A DNA stretch of 64,000 nt. It comes from Candidatus Microgenomates bacterium (GTDB lineage Bacteria > Patescibacteriota > JACPGU01). Location: positions 85,287 to 149,286 of the forward strand of contig JACPGU010000002.1 of assembly GCA_016188915.1 (NCBI GenBank), read 5' to 3'. Made by a program: the position numbers and the translations under genes. Shown in pieces: positions 19,943 to 29,120 of the stretch. Each line of letters starts with the position of its first letter. Positions within the stretch are counted from its first letter, which is position 1. The notes below the pieces were generated by a model. It searched no databases, had not been told where the DNA came from, and saw nothing but the letters and a program-made list of their open reading frames with translations.

Positions 19943-20557
19943 CTATATCTTCCCCACCAGATCCAGCCCAGGCTTTAATGTTTTTTCTCCCGGGTGCCAA
20001 TTGGCGGGGCATACTTCTCCGCCGTTTTCACGAACGAATTTGGCTGCCTGCAATTTGCGAAGCAATTCATCCGCGGAACGCCCGACTGAATTGTCATGAA
20101 TTTCAATAGTTTTCAAAACGCCATCGGGATCTATCAGAAATGTCCCGCGCAGGGAGAGTCCTTCGCTTTCAATATAGGTGCCAAAAGCACGGCAAAGCGT
20201 GCCAGTCGGATCGGCCGCCATAGGAAATTTGATTGTGCCGATGGCTTTACTCTCGTCATGCCACGCTTTGTGGGTAAAGACCGTATCGGTGGAAACGGAA
20301 ATTACTTCACACCCTTCTTTTTGGAACTCTTCGTAGTGGTGGGAGGCGTCCTCCAGCTCGGTTGGGCAAATGAAGGTGAAGTCAGCCGGGTAAAAGATAA
20401 GTGCCAACCACTGGCCTTTGAAGTCAACAAGTTTGGCTTTTTTTATCTTGTCGCCCTGATAGTACTCGAAAGAAAAATCCACAATCTCGGCAATATCTTT
20501 GATGTTTTGATTGATTTGGATCATAGGAATTAAATTAGTAGTTATTTTGTCTATCAA
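19943..20557 (-). CDS. peroxiredoxin (AhpC/Prx1 family, 2-Cys type)
   Basis: 204 aa. Peroxidatic motif FTFICPTE and resolving-Cys region VCPANWHPGEKTLKPG. Confidence 0.85.
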   Translation of the reverse strand: MIDKITTNLIPMIQINQNIKDIAEIVDFSFEYYQGDKIKKAKLVDFKGQWLALIFYPADFTFICPTELEDASHHYEEFQKEGCEVISVSTDTVFTHKAWHDESKAIGTIKFPMAADPTGTLCRAFGTYIESEGLSLRGTFLIDPDGVLKTIEIHDNSVGRSADELLRKLQAAKFVRENGGEVCPANWHPGEKTLKPGLDLVGKI

Positions 20558-20629
20558 AAATTGTACTAAATATTTTGATATAAAACAACAGATATGATTG
20601 AGATTTTTAGTTTTTTGTGATTTAATGAC

Positions 20630-22240
20630 TTAGCAATTGGAGAGGTCGCATAGTGGCCTAGTGCGCCGCCTTGGAAAGGCGGTATATCCGCAAGGGTATC
20701 GGGAGTTCGAATCTCCCCCTCTCCGTTTATAGGGATAGATGTGCCTTTTCTGTATTATCAGGAAGGGTTTTTTTAGTATAATATCGAGTTTTTTGTTAGT
20801 CAAAGTGAAGTTCGAACCGATTGTTTTCAGGATTTGCTTTTTCGTCTCCATATTTCCAGTTTCAAACTTTATTTTGGTGTAATAAGAGAAATTAAACAGT
20901 TCCTCTACTAGTTCGAGCTGACAGTATTCTTTGTCCCTCCATTTGTTCTCTAGTGTTGTTATTTCTTGTTCTTCCTGTATTGTTTCTTTGGAGAATTTTT
21001 CACAATCCTCTGAAGTGAAAAATCCATTATCTTCCAATATCTGTCTTTTCAGATTATCCATTTTCTTTTTATTGCTTTGCCTGCGTTGCTGAAGACCTTT
21101 CAATATCTCGGTCTGAGTTTTTATCTCCTGATTGTTATGCTCTCTTGCATATTTCAAGACCCATTCCTTGAATTTATCAGAGATAGTTATACTATTTATG
21201 GTTTCTAGTAATTGCCTGTCGAGCTCTTTAGCTACTATGTATGGTTGGGAGCACTTTATCGCTTTGTTCTTTCTTGTGCAACGGTAGTAGGTGTAGTATG
21301 GGGTTTTAATGCGAGTTGCGTGGCGGTTCCTGTGTTCCTCTGCTGTTATCGAGCAACCACATTCGCCACATTGTATTAGGCCAGTGAAATCAAAGTCGTG
21401 CTTTTGTTTTCTTGGCTTACCCTTACTTCCTAGGGCATCCTGAATGTAATCAAACTCCTCTGGCGTTATCAGGGATATATGATGGCCTTGCTTAATGCTT
21501 CCTCTGTGCTTAATCATTCCGTAGTAGAACGGGTCGGTCAAAATCCTATAAAATGTGCTCCTAGACATTGGGCCACCACCCATTTTTTTAGTTCTTGGAG
21601 TTCGGTAGCCATACTCATTGTTTAGTGTTTCCAGAGCCTGTCTAACTTCGTATTTGTCATACAGGATTAGCTCTAACGACTTTCTTATTAGGTTAAATCT
21701 CTCAGGGTCGGGGATGGATTCACTCAATCCCTCTCCCCTAGAACCATCGTTAATATATCCTGCTGGTGCAGAGCCAGGCCTTAACCCTCTCTCGAACTTC
21801 TGCCTATACCCCCTCAGGATATCCTCACTTTTATTGTCGTTTTCTAACTTTGCCTGATTGCAAATCATACTAAAAAGAAATTTATCATTGGGGGTATTTT
21901 TGAATACTTGGTTTGGTGTTCTAATTTCAGCTATTTTACCCGAATCCATCAGGTATACCAACATCCCAGTGTCGACAGAATTTCTCGATAACCTGTTTGC
22001 ATTCCAAGTAAGAATACCGTTAGCTTTATTATGTTCGAATCCCTTAATCATATCATTGAACACTGGTCTGCCAGGCTTCTTGGCGGTGTGAGATTCCTGT
22101 AATGTATCGCAAATATGTAAACCAATCTTTTTTGACAATACACTTAACTCCGCTATTTGTGACTCAATAGAAGCAGCCTGCTTCTCTTCTTGCTCTGACG
22201 ATTTTCTTGCGTATAGAATATAATTTATTTTTTCTTCCAT
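20630..22240 (-). CDS. large serine recombinase (integrase), 3' end antisense to tRNA-Ser
   Basis: 536 aa. Resolvase-type catalytic N-terminus YILYARKSSEQEEKQAASIESQ. Central recombinase domain and a Cys-rich zinc-ribbon region (CGECGCS...YYRCTRKNKAIKCSQPY). The last roughly 30 codons lie entirely within the tRNA-Ser gene on the opposite strand. Confidence 0.85.
   Translation of the reverse strand: MEEKINYILYARKSSEQEEKQAASIESQIAELSVLSKKIGLHICDTLQESHTAKKPGRPVFNDMIKGFEHNKANGILTWNANRLSRNSVDTGMLVYLMDSGKIAEIRTPNQVFKNTPNDKFLFSMICNQAKLENDNKSEDILRGYRQKFERGLRPGSAPAGYINDGSRGEGLSESIPDPERFNLIRKSLELILYDKYEVRQALETLNNEYGYRTPRTKKMGGGPMSRSTFYRILTDPFYYGMIKHRGSIKQGHHISLITPEEFDYIQDALGSKGKPRKQKHDFDFTGLIQCGECGCSITAEEHRNRHATRIKTPYYTYYRCTRKNKAIKCSQPYIVAKELDRQLLETINSITISDKFKEWVLKYAREHNNQEIKTQTEILKGLQQRRQSNKKKMDNLKRQILEDNGFFTSEDCEKFSKETIQEEQEITTLENKWRDKEYCQLELVEELFNFSYYTKIKFETGNMETKKQILKTIGSNFTLTNKKLDIILKKPFLIIQKRHIYPYKRRGGDSNSRYPCGYTAFPRRRTRPLCDLSNC
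20639..20725 (+). tRNA. tRNA-Ser (anticodon GGA), class II with long variable arm
   Basis: Hand-folded. Acceptor GGAGAGG/CCTCTCC, D-stem GCAT/GTGC, anticodon stem CCGCC/GGCGG with loop TTGGAAA, 6-bp variable arm ATATCC-GCAA-GGGTAT, T-stem GGGAG/CTCCC with loop TTCGAAT, discriminator G. Confidence 0.85.
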
Positions 22241-22299
22241 ATACTTGTTGTTTATTTATATTATAGTTATTTTCCAAACAAAATAAAAGAGTTTTTGGC

Positions 22300-22530
22300 T
22301 TAATCAAGCGTAGTTTTTCGATGCTGTTCTCGGAATCTACTTTCTGACTTTATACTGCTTCCTATACCAACAACTGCTTTCGGCAAGCAATCGACCTCTT
22401 GTGGAGCGACTAACTGAAATATCTCTATCAGTTCTGCTCCTTTGCCCATAGCTTCACTGTCGGGGATAGTCTCTCCGAACTCTTCTTCCCAAATATCTTG
22501 TAATGCTCTTATGGACTCGTCTGACAACAT
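22300..22530 (-). CDS. hypothetical protein
   Basis: 76 aa, acidic, no motif. Confidence 0.3.
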   Translation of the reverse strand: MLSDESIRALQDIWEEEFGETIPDSEAMGKGAELIEIFQLVAPQEVDCLPKAVVGIGSSIKSESRFREQHRKTTLD

Positions 22531-22576
22531 TTCACTCTTCTTTCTCGTAATTTCTTACGGTTCTTTATAATAAAAA

Positions 22577-22605
22577 AATCTGGGTCAGTGCGGTGAACCC
22601 AGATT
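22577..22605 (-). terminator. hairpin terminator candidate, also one arm of an 11-nt inverted repeat
   Basis: AATCTGGGT-(11 nt)-ACCCAGATT. On the minus strand it is followed by TTTTTTTATTAT. Its loop GGTCAGTGCGG recurs inverted at 22655-22665 (CCGCACTGACC). Confidence 0.4.
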
Positions 22606-22953
22606 CTTTTAACTAAACTCAATTTAATTTAATTAAATTCAGTAAACATAAGTCCGCACTGACCTTGACTCTTAAAGTGTTAAGTTGCAGGCGGTAATAA
22701 AAAACCGTCCTGCTGATATCAAAAAAGCTTTCATCACGTGAGCAATATATGCTTCTTTGATTTTGGCAGAACGGCATTATAGCCAGTTCTTATAATGTCT
22801 TGTATTTTTGTTTAACTTTGCCTAGTTGTTAATTCTATTTTAACTCTCTGGGATAAAGCGTCAATAGCTTTTTTGGCTTATCTATGTGATAGTTTGGTAG
22901 AGTATTGAAGACTAGTCAAAATATCTGTGGAAAACTATAATGCGTTGACCTTA

Positions 22954-24249
22954 TTATATTCGTCGTTCTATAAATTTATCTTGAAACTTTTCAATAGTCT
23001 GGAACGACACTTCGTTGAAGTTAAATATCTTGAAAAGCTTTATGCATAAATCATTTGCTGTTTCTTTCCATAAAGACTTTAGTTTTACCGATGACACTCT
23101 TTCGTCCAAAGATACTACGGATTCACGACAAATATACCAATCGTAAAGCAAAATATTAAAGTCGTAGGATTTTAGCTTTCTATCTTCAGCACCGTAAAGT
23201 TTTATACCAATATCAATATCGCCATCGTAGTTTAGCTCATCTACATAAAACTGTTTAGAGAATAAGAGAAATTCTGTTATTGAGTATATGGCTCCTATAT
23301 AGCTTAATGCTTTGCCTGTGTCGGTTTCGTCCTGTTTTGCACCGTCTTCTCTTAGAGTGATTTTGTAAACAAAAAGACCGCTCTGGAAAAGACGGAAAGC
23401 TTCATAATGCTTTGGTTCAAATTTTGTCCACGACTGAACACCTTTTGAAAAGTTAGCAAAATCGTTTTTATCAAGATGTGGAAAATCCCACCCCCTCAAT
23501 TGAACTCTCTGGTTCTCAACTGCTTGTTTTACTTTGGTTATATCTGGAATTAAGTCTTTTTTATATTCGGTTGGTTTTACCACTATTTCCCAATATCCAT
23601 ATTTTTTTAACTCTTCTCCTATTTTTTTCTCGATATAGTCACTGGCTTCGACCAACTCATCCTTGTAATCGTCATTTTCTTCTGTATTGCTGGGTCTTCC
23701 ACTAAACAGTCGTCCAATCTGATTCAATAGAAAATCTCCTTTCTTGGTCATTGCCCTACCAAGTAATTCTCGCATTTCCGTTGAAGATGGTATGGCTTCG
23801 CTCGATCCCTTTTCCGTTCTAATATAAATGCCCCCATCTTTTAGTATCGGTTGCTGTTTTGTATTCTGATTACTCCTCTTGCATATTATTGGTTCTTCAT
23901 CGAATTCGGGTACTTCTATTATGACAAGGTTCTTTCCTTTATAAATAGGTCGTTGAACATAAACTGTAAATTTAGGGTCTGTATAACTATGCAATTTATT
24001 ATTAAAGGAAGTCTGGTCAAAGGACGCGAGATTCTCATCGGATAAACCCTCTACTGTGCCGTCATCCTTTATGCCAATAAAAATTCTCCCACCGTTTTTA
24101 GTGTTTGCCATCGCCAATATGTCTTTTATGACACCGAGATGACAATCTTTATCAGTGTTGCAATTAAAATCTTCCTTAAAGTCGACATTGGCTGTCTCTG
24201 CTCTCGATTTAAATATTTGCTCTAGCTCTTCTTCTGGGTATTGCGACAT
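22954..24249 (-). CDS. Schlafen-like AlbA_2 (putative DNA-binding) domain protein
   Basis: 431 aa. The N-terminal 120 aa, FKEDFNCNTDKDCHLGVIKDILAMANTKNGGRIFIGIKDDGTVEGL, match the AlbA_2/divergent-Schlafen pattern (E..EfK....DK...i.k.isAfANt.GG.l.iGv.DdG.i.G). The C-terminal 250 aa are unassigned. Confidence 0.55.
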   Translation of the reverse strand: MSQYPEEELEQIFKSRAETANVDFKEDFNCNTDKDCHLGVIKDILAMANTKNGGRIFIGIKDDGTVEGLSDENLASFDQTSFNNKLHSYTDPKFTVYVQRPIYKGKNLVIIEVPEFDEEPIICKRSNQNTKQQPILKDGGIYIRTEKGSSEAIPSSTEMRELLGRAMTKKGDFLLNQIGRLFSGRPSNTEENDDYKDELVEASDYIEKKIGEELKKYGYWEIVVKPTEYKKDLIPDITKVKQAVENQRVQLRGWDFPHLDKNDFANFSKGVQSWTKFEPKHYEAFRLFQSGLFVYKITLREDGAKQDETDTGKALSYIGAIYSITEFLLFSKQFYVDELNYDGDIDIGIKLYGAEDRKLKSYDFNILLYDWYICRESVVSLDERVSSVKLKSLWKETANDLCIKLFKIFNFNEVSFQTIEKFQDKFIERRI

Positions 24250-24409
24250 AAAGTTTCATTAATATCTCTATTTATTATAACACAAAAAAACAGGATTTGC
24301 CCTGTTATTTTTGTCCGAAAAAGAGTTGTTTAATGGACAGATGTTTTACTTTTACCTGTAAGGTTGAATAGCCACTATTTTCGATAGGGTTTTTTGGACA
24401 GGCGATATT

Positions 24410-25198
24410 TCATTTAATATCTATGTCGTCCATATCAATATCCATAAGCTCTCTAAATTTTTCGGCTATGCTTTTCCATTTACCTGCCGTTGGTTCGGAA
24501 ATATCTATTACTAACTCGCCATTAAGGTTTTTCTTTATATACTTATGTTTCTTGATTTTCTCATAAAAAATTACTTCCATAAATTCATTTAGTAAGCTAA
24601 GTGTCGTCTTGATAGCCATAAACACCCCATAATGATATTTCTCGTGTTCTTTTTTGTAACCACCACCAATCCAAAGTGTAGGATTTGTCTGGTCGAGATT
24701 TCCCTTGGGGGCAGTATGTAAGAGGCTTATATGCGAAATATAGTTGCTTAGTACTCCATACTCCTGCCCAGCCAATGGAATAGCTTTGGTGGCAATTGAG
24801 ATAGCCTTTGTAGAGTCATACTTATTCGATTTTAACTGTATCAGTTTGTCGGGGTTAGAATGTATATCAAAAGCAGAAGCCACTGTTTCTACTACCATTC
24901 TTAAGATTGTCTGTGGCTCCAAGATATGTCCTCTTCTAAAGATTTCTATTGCAGATATTATTGACCCAAGCCCATTCCATAAAAAAATAGCGGATTGAAA
25001 ATCTGCATCAGATAGAGCATTCTCTCCTTCAGAATCAATAAGACCGATAAGGGTTTCTAATGACTCGGCTATTTCTTCTGCGAGACCATAGAATATCTCG
25101 TCATAATTACTATCAAAATCTTGGGCGACAAGGTCGCTTTTTGACTTTATATGTCCCAAAACGGTTTCTGTTGTAATTGGTTGCCTAACCGTATCCAT
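24410..25198 (-). CDS. hypothetical protein (island cargo)
   Basis: 262 aa, no recognisable motif. Acidic C-terminus MDIDMDDIDIK. Confidence 0.35.
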   Translation of the reverse strand: MDTVRQPITTETVLGHIKSKSDLVAQDFDSNYDEIFYGLAEEIAESLETLIGLIDSEGENALSDADFQSAIFLWNGLGSIISAIEIFRRGHILEPQTILRMVVETVASAFDIHSNPDKLIQLKSNKYDSTKAISIATKAIPLAGQEYGVLSNYISHISLLHTAPKGNLDQTNPTLWIGGGYKKEHEKYHYGVFMAIKTTLSLLNEFMEVIFYEKIKKHKYIKKNLNGELVIDISEPTAGKWKSIAEKFRELMDIDMDDIDIK

Positions 25199-25223
25199 AG
25201 TAACATTATACTATTTTTATAGA

Positions 25224-25805
25224 CTATTTGAAACTAGAAATCGCATTTTGTACTGTCGATTTTGAGATGTTTACCATACTTGCTATTCTCCTAACAGACA
25301 ACCCTTGCTGTCTTAATTCACTTATCCGAACAATATCAATCTCTGATGCTGGTCTGCCTATTTTCTTTCCTTTTGCTCTTGCCTTTGCCATTCCTGCCCT
25401 CACCCTCTCTTGGATTATTGACCTCTCAAATTCTGCGAAAGCAGATATCATTGTGAACATTACCTTCCCTGTCGGTGTCGATGTGTCTATCGCCTCTTGA
25501 TAGCTCACAAAGTCTATTCCTAGCGAATTAAAGGTATCCAGAGAGGTTATGAGTTGCTTTGTGCTTCTACTGAACCTATCAAAGCGAAATACCACCACAC
25601 AATCAAATTTTCTCTTGTGAGCGTCATTTAATAGCTCCGTAAGGGCCGGTCTGTTTTCTTTGCTTCCGCTATCCGTATCAGTGTAGCTTCTGAATACCTC
25701 CCAGCCTCTATTTTTCACATACTCTTGTAATGGTATCAGTTGGGTATCGAGGTCTTGGTTCTTATCTGTGGTACTTATACGAGCGTAGATTGCAATTTTT
25801 TTCAT
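25224..25805 (-). CDS. small serine recombinase (resolvase/invertase family)
   Basis: 193 aa. Catalytic N-terminus IAIYARISTTDKNQDLDTQ. C-terminal HTH LSVRRIASMVNISKSTVQNAI. Confidence 0.8.
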   Translation of the reverse strand: MKKIAIYARISTTDKNQDLDTQLIPLQEYVKNRGWEVFRSYTDTDSGSKENRPALTELLNDAHKRKFDCVVVFRFDRFSRSTKQLITSLDTFNSLGIDFVSYQEAIDTSTPTGKVMFTMISAFAEFERSIIQERVRAGMAKARAKGKKIGRPASEIDIVRISELRQQGLSVRRIASMVNISKSTVQNAISSFK

Positions 25806-25844
25806 ATCTTGTGGTTAGTTATATTGCTATTGGCACAAAACAAA

Positions 25845-25866
25845 AGCCTCGCATTTCTACGAGGCT
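25845..25866 (-). terminator. rho-independent terminator (minus strand)
   Basis: AGCCTCG-catttcta-CGAGGCT. Followed on the minus strand by TTTTGTTTTG. Lies 3' of yidD. Confidence 0.55.
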
Positions 25867-26003
25867 TTATTGTTGAGTAATTTCTCTTTTCTATTTTTCG
25901 GTTTTTTCTTTTCGCTCCCCATAACCAAAATTATTGTATAGATTTAGTATAGAATATGAACTATCTGTGTCAATAGTTATTGTCTATATGAGGCCAAATA
26001 TCA

Positions 26004-26219
26004 CTATGGGTAATCTATACAGCTCTCGAAATTGTCTGGGCGACATCGGTTAATACGATTGAGGGCTTTTCTTGTCCCCATTGTCACTCCATACTTCTCA
26101 ATAGCCAATATGGCATAATCGGAACAAGTTGGATAAAAACGGCACTGTATCCTGCGTCTCAAAAGTGGCGAAATTGTCTTCTGGTAGACAACTATTAAGA
26201 ATATAACTAATTTTGACAT
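26004..26219 (-). CDS. yidD: membrane protein insertion efficiency factor YidD
   Basis: 71 aa. The RFYPTCSDYA motif and overall pattern are typical of the YidD family. Confidence 0.75.
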   Translation of the reverse strand: MSKLVIFLIVVYQKTISPLLRRRIQCRFYPTCSDYAILAIEKYGVTMGTRKALNRINRCRPDNFESCIDYP

Positions 26220-26220
26220 C

Positions 26221-26478
26221 CTATAGTTCGTGTGTTATTTCTTCTTTTTTTATAGCTCGAGAACCACATTTTGGGCACTTGCCAAGGTCTAGTGGCTTTT
26301 TGTCTGGGATAAATGCAGCGGGGCCACAACCAGAACAGCACGATGCAGATTTGCCACAATTCTCCATCGATTCGCCACACGACTGTGCCGCTTCCTGCTT
26401 ACCATAGAACCAGATATTCCCACAAGCACTACAGCTACATTTTGTTTCCTTTATGATTTTGGGCTTTGTTTTTTCCAT
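26221..26478 (-). CDS. zinc-ribbon protein
   Basis: 85 aa with four CxxC pairs (CSCSAC, CCSGC, CPKC). Its end abuts the yidD start. Confidence 0.45.
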   Translation of the reverse strand: MEKTKPKIIKETKCSCSACGNIWFYGKQEAAQSCGESMENCGKSASCCSGCGPAAFIPDKKPLDLGKCPKCGSRAIKKEEITHEL

Positions 26479-26522
26479 ATTTCGTATTTAGTTAATAATA
26501 TGACAGTTGGGCTATTATTATC

Positions 26523-28073
26523 CTATTTGCAGGGTTCGTGTAGGGTTCTACTGGGATATGCTTTCTGTACAGCTTCTAAACTCGGAAAAGATTGTAGATA
26601 TTTTGTAGAGAGATTCTTATAGGCCGAGTCTGTATCGCAATAATAAAGATATGCTGTGCCATAAGAGCTCGCATAATAAGTGTGTCCAGATGTGGTTTGC
26701 GGGGCAGGGACTGGAGTGGGCGTTACTGGTGCTGGCACAGGGCTAGTTGGTGCTGGTGTGGTGGTAGTTGGTGACGAACTTGTTGTATTGCCGCTACAGG
26801 TAGTCGAGCTCCATAATCCCTTCTGCCCACTTCTCGCTTGTTTCTCTGCTTCTTTGAACTCGGCTTGGTATTTATATGGGATATCGTATGTATATTCGTG
26901 AGCATACCCATCACCAATCATTTGCTTGTTAAAAAATGTGCCATTTTCAAGATAAACATAACGCAATAGCCGACCATATTTGTCCCTATCCCCTTGAGTC
27001 GCATCAGATTCAAGCTTAACTTTCTTCCCCGAAAGCAATGCCTTCGCTCTATTGGAAGCCTCAACACCAAAACACTGAACTGGTTTTCGAGGGTCAACAG
27101 TTTCAGGAGTATCTACACCTATTAGACGAATCGTTTCTGTCTTTCCGCTAACACTGGCCTTAAAAGTATCGCCATCCGTTACGGAAACAACGCCATAATA
27201 CTGTGTAGTGGTCTGGGTGGGCGTTGTCTGGTTGCTCTGGGTGTTTGAACCAGAAGATGACTGACTAGCGTCCGTTTTGTTGTCTTCCCCTGTTGTTTGG
27301 GATTCTTGATTTGCCTCCTCCTTCTTTGGTGGAGTATAGGTTATTTTTATATCCTTTCTGTCGCTTTGATTCCCTGCTTCATCTATAGCTATAAGATAAA
27401 AATTGTTCTCTCCTTCATTCAGGCTGACTGAATCAACGGTAATTTCTTCGCTGGATTCTCGTACCTCTTTAATTTTTTTGTTGTCTGAACCAAAAAGTTC
27501 TATTCTTGCGTTTTTCTCTGTTTTTCCTTTTATATCTGTCTTGTCTTTGTCGCTAGTAATCTCTGTATTTTCAAGTTCTATGTTTGGCTTTTGTGTATCA
27601 AGAATAATTTTTTTAGTAGCACTTTTATTTGTACTGCCATTACTGTCTGTTGTGCTTACATAAACTGTGTTTTCACCTTCATTGAGCGTAAACTCTCCAA
27701 AAATGAACTTTCCGTTGGAATCGGCAATCACTTCTTGGATTTCTTGATTATTTATCATAAGTTTCGCTTTTGTCCCGCTTTCAATATGGTAGCCAGAGAC
27801 AACAACCGCCTTTTGATTAGTCGGACTTTTTATTTCATCTAAAAAAGGTTGTCCTTTTGCCGACAAGGACATTATCAGAATCAAAAACACCACAACAACT
27901 ATGGTGGCAATGATTTTATAGACTCGTCCCCATTTGGTCTTCGCCCAAATAGTCCAGACAGCAATAAAGGGTAATAAGAGAATGATAACTGGTAGTAAAA
28001 CGATGATGGCTACAATGCCCCACCATTTTGCATACCATCCTCTTTTTTTGGTTTTTACTTCGGTGTTTTCCAT
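26523..28073 (-). CDS. membrane-anchored secreted thermonuclease (SNase-like) with Ig-like domains
   Basis: 516 aa. N-terminal TM helix, then two beta-sandwich-like regions, then an SNase core VSVTDGDTFKASVSGKTETIRLIGVDTPETVDP...RDKYGRLLRYVY. Ends in a Pro/Thr-rich linker and a Cys-containing C-terminus. Confidence 0.7.
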   Translation of the reverse strand: MENTEVKTKKRGWYAKWWGIVAIIVLLPVIILLLPFIAVWTIWAKTKWGRVYKIIATIVVVVFLILIMSLSAKGQPFLDEIKSPTNQKAVVVSGYHIESGTKAKLMINNQEIQEVIADSNGKFIFGEFTLNEGENTVYVSTTDSNGSTNKSATKKIILDTQKPNIELENTEITSDKDKTDIKGKTEKNARIELFGSDNKKIKEVRESSEEITVDSVSLNEGENNFYLIAIDEAGNQSDRKDIKITYTPPKKEEANQESQTTGEDNKTDASQSSSGSNTQSNQTTPTQTTTQYYGVVSVTDGDTFKASVSGKTETIRLIGVDTPETVDPRKPVQCFGVEASNRAKALLSGKKVKLESDATQGDRDKYGRLLRYVYLENGTFFNKQMIGDGYAHEYTYDIPYKYQAEFKEAEKQARSGQKGLWSSTTCSGNTTSSSPTTTTPAPTSPVPAPVTPTPVPAPQTTSGHTYYASSYGTAYLYYCDTDSAYKNLSTKYLQSFPSLEAVQKAYPSRTLHEPCK

Positions 28074-28297
28074 ATCGTTTGGTTATTTATAAACACAAAA
28101 AAGGTCACCTGAACTAGCGGTGTAACCTTGCGGACACACCCGCTATCCTTTCGGATAGTGACCTCAACGACGAAGTACCAGTCAGATGACCGTTCTTGTC
28201 GTTGAGGATTTCATAACCATACCTCAAATTACTTCGAGGGTTAGGTTAATACTCTAAATTGTAAATATACTCTATCATAAAAATCTACCAGAGTAAA

Positions 28298-28930
28298 CTA
28301 CCCATAAAACTTCCATTTCTTCTTTAATTCTTCTTGATAGCAGTCAAAGGATTCATCTTCATTTTCAATTAAAGACCATTGTGAAAACCAAAGTCGCACT
28401 CTTTTTTGTTTATCTTCTTCCGTTCCATCTTGCCATCCCCCAAACCTCTTTTTTCCTATAGCCGTATGGGAATCTATAAAAATTTCTTTTATCTCTGGAA
28501 AATTTTCATCCTTATCTATTTCGTCCACTACGATATTGGTCAGGTTATCTCCGAGTCTTGTCTTTTTATTCCTGCAAGCCAAAACTATTAGATTAACAAA
28601 GGGGAGAAATCCATCTCCCCCAAAGTTCGTTTTGAATACTGATAGGTTCATTCTTATTTCCAGTATCCCTGCCAACGTTAGTGCTGTTGTGTTTGCTAGT
28701 CCTATGTCCTCGTGGACTATCGTGTTTAATCGTCTGCTCAAATATTTTCCGTATCCTGAAGCGTAAAATATGTAAGCAAATTTACAAGCGTCTCTTTCGT
28801 CTCCCCTCCTGATACATTTCTGAAGAGCTGAAGCAACGAGGTCAAAAGTATATCCTTTATCTTCAAATTTCTTTGCCAATTTTATCTCCCATCCTTTTCC
28901 TGCTTTTTGTTTCTTTTCTTCTGCCATCAA
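28298..28930 (-). CDS. stand-alone RarA/MgsA C-terminal-domain (MgsA_C)-like protein lacking AAA+ module
   Basis: 210 aa. FDLVASALQKCIRRGDERDACKFAYIFYASGYGKYLSRRLNTIVHEDIGLANTTAL...LIVLACRNKK lines up with the RarA C-terminal pattern [47 protein letters not shown]...VYLACAPKS. Confidence 0.5.
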   Translation of the reverse strand: MMAEEKKQKAGKGWEIKLAKKFEDKGYTFDLVASALQKCIRRGDERDACKFAYIFYASGYGKYLSRRLNTIVHEDIGLANTTALTLAGILEIRMNLSVFKTNFGGDGFLPFVNLIVLACRNKKTRLGDNLTNIVVDEIDKDENFPEIKEIFIDSHTAIGKKRFGGWQDGTEEDKQKRVRLWFSQWSLIENEDESFDCYQEELKKKWKFYG

Positions 28931-29120
28931 TTTGTTTTAGTTATGTTTTTATTTTAGTTTATGTACCCACTGTGTCAATAGGATTTTAGCTTAACCAAGG
29001 GTCTTTTCTGCCATCACACAACATCGTGTACAACCCTTGCTGTCTTGAATGATGGGTTTGATTTAAGTCATTATTTGTGCGATAATACAAGCGAATTACA
29101 GGTAATAGCGTGTAAAAACA

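Noticed and set aside
20096-20533. 145-aa plus-strand ORF
   Set aside because: It is antisense to the peroxiredoxin gene, which has FTFICPTE and VCPANW motifs.
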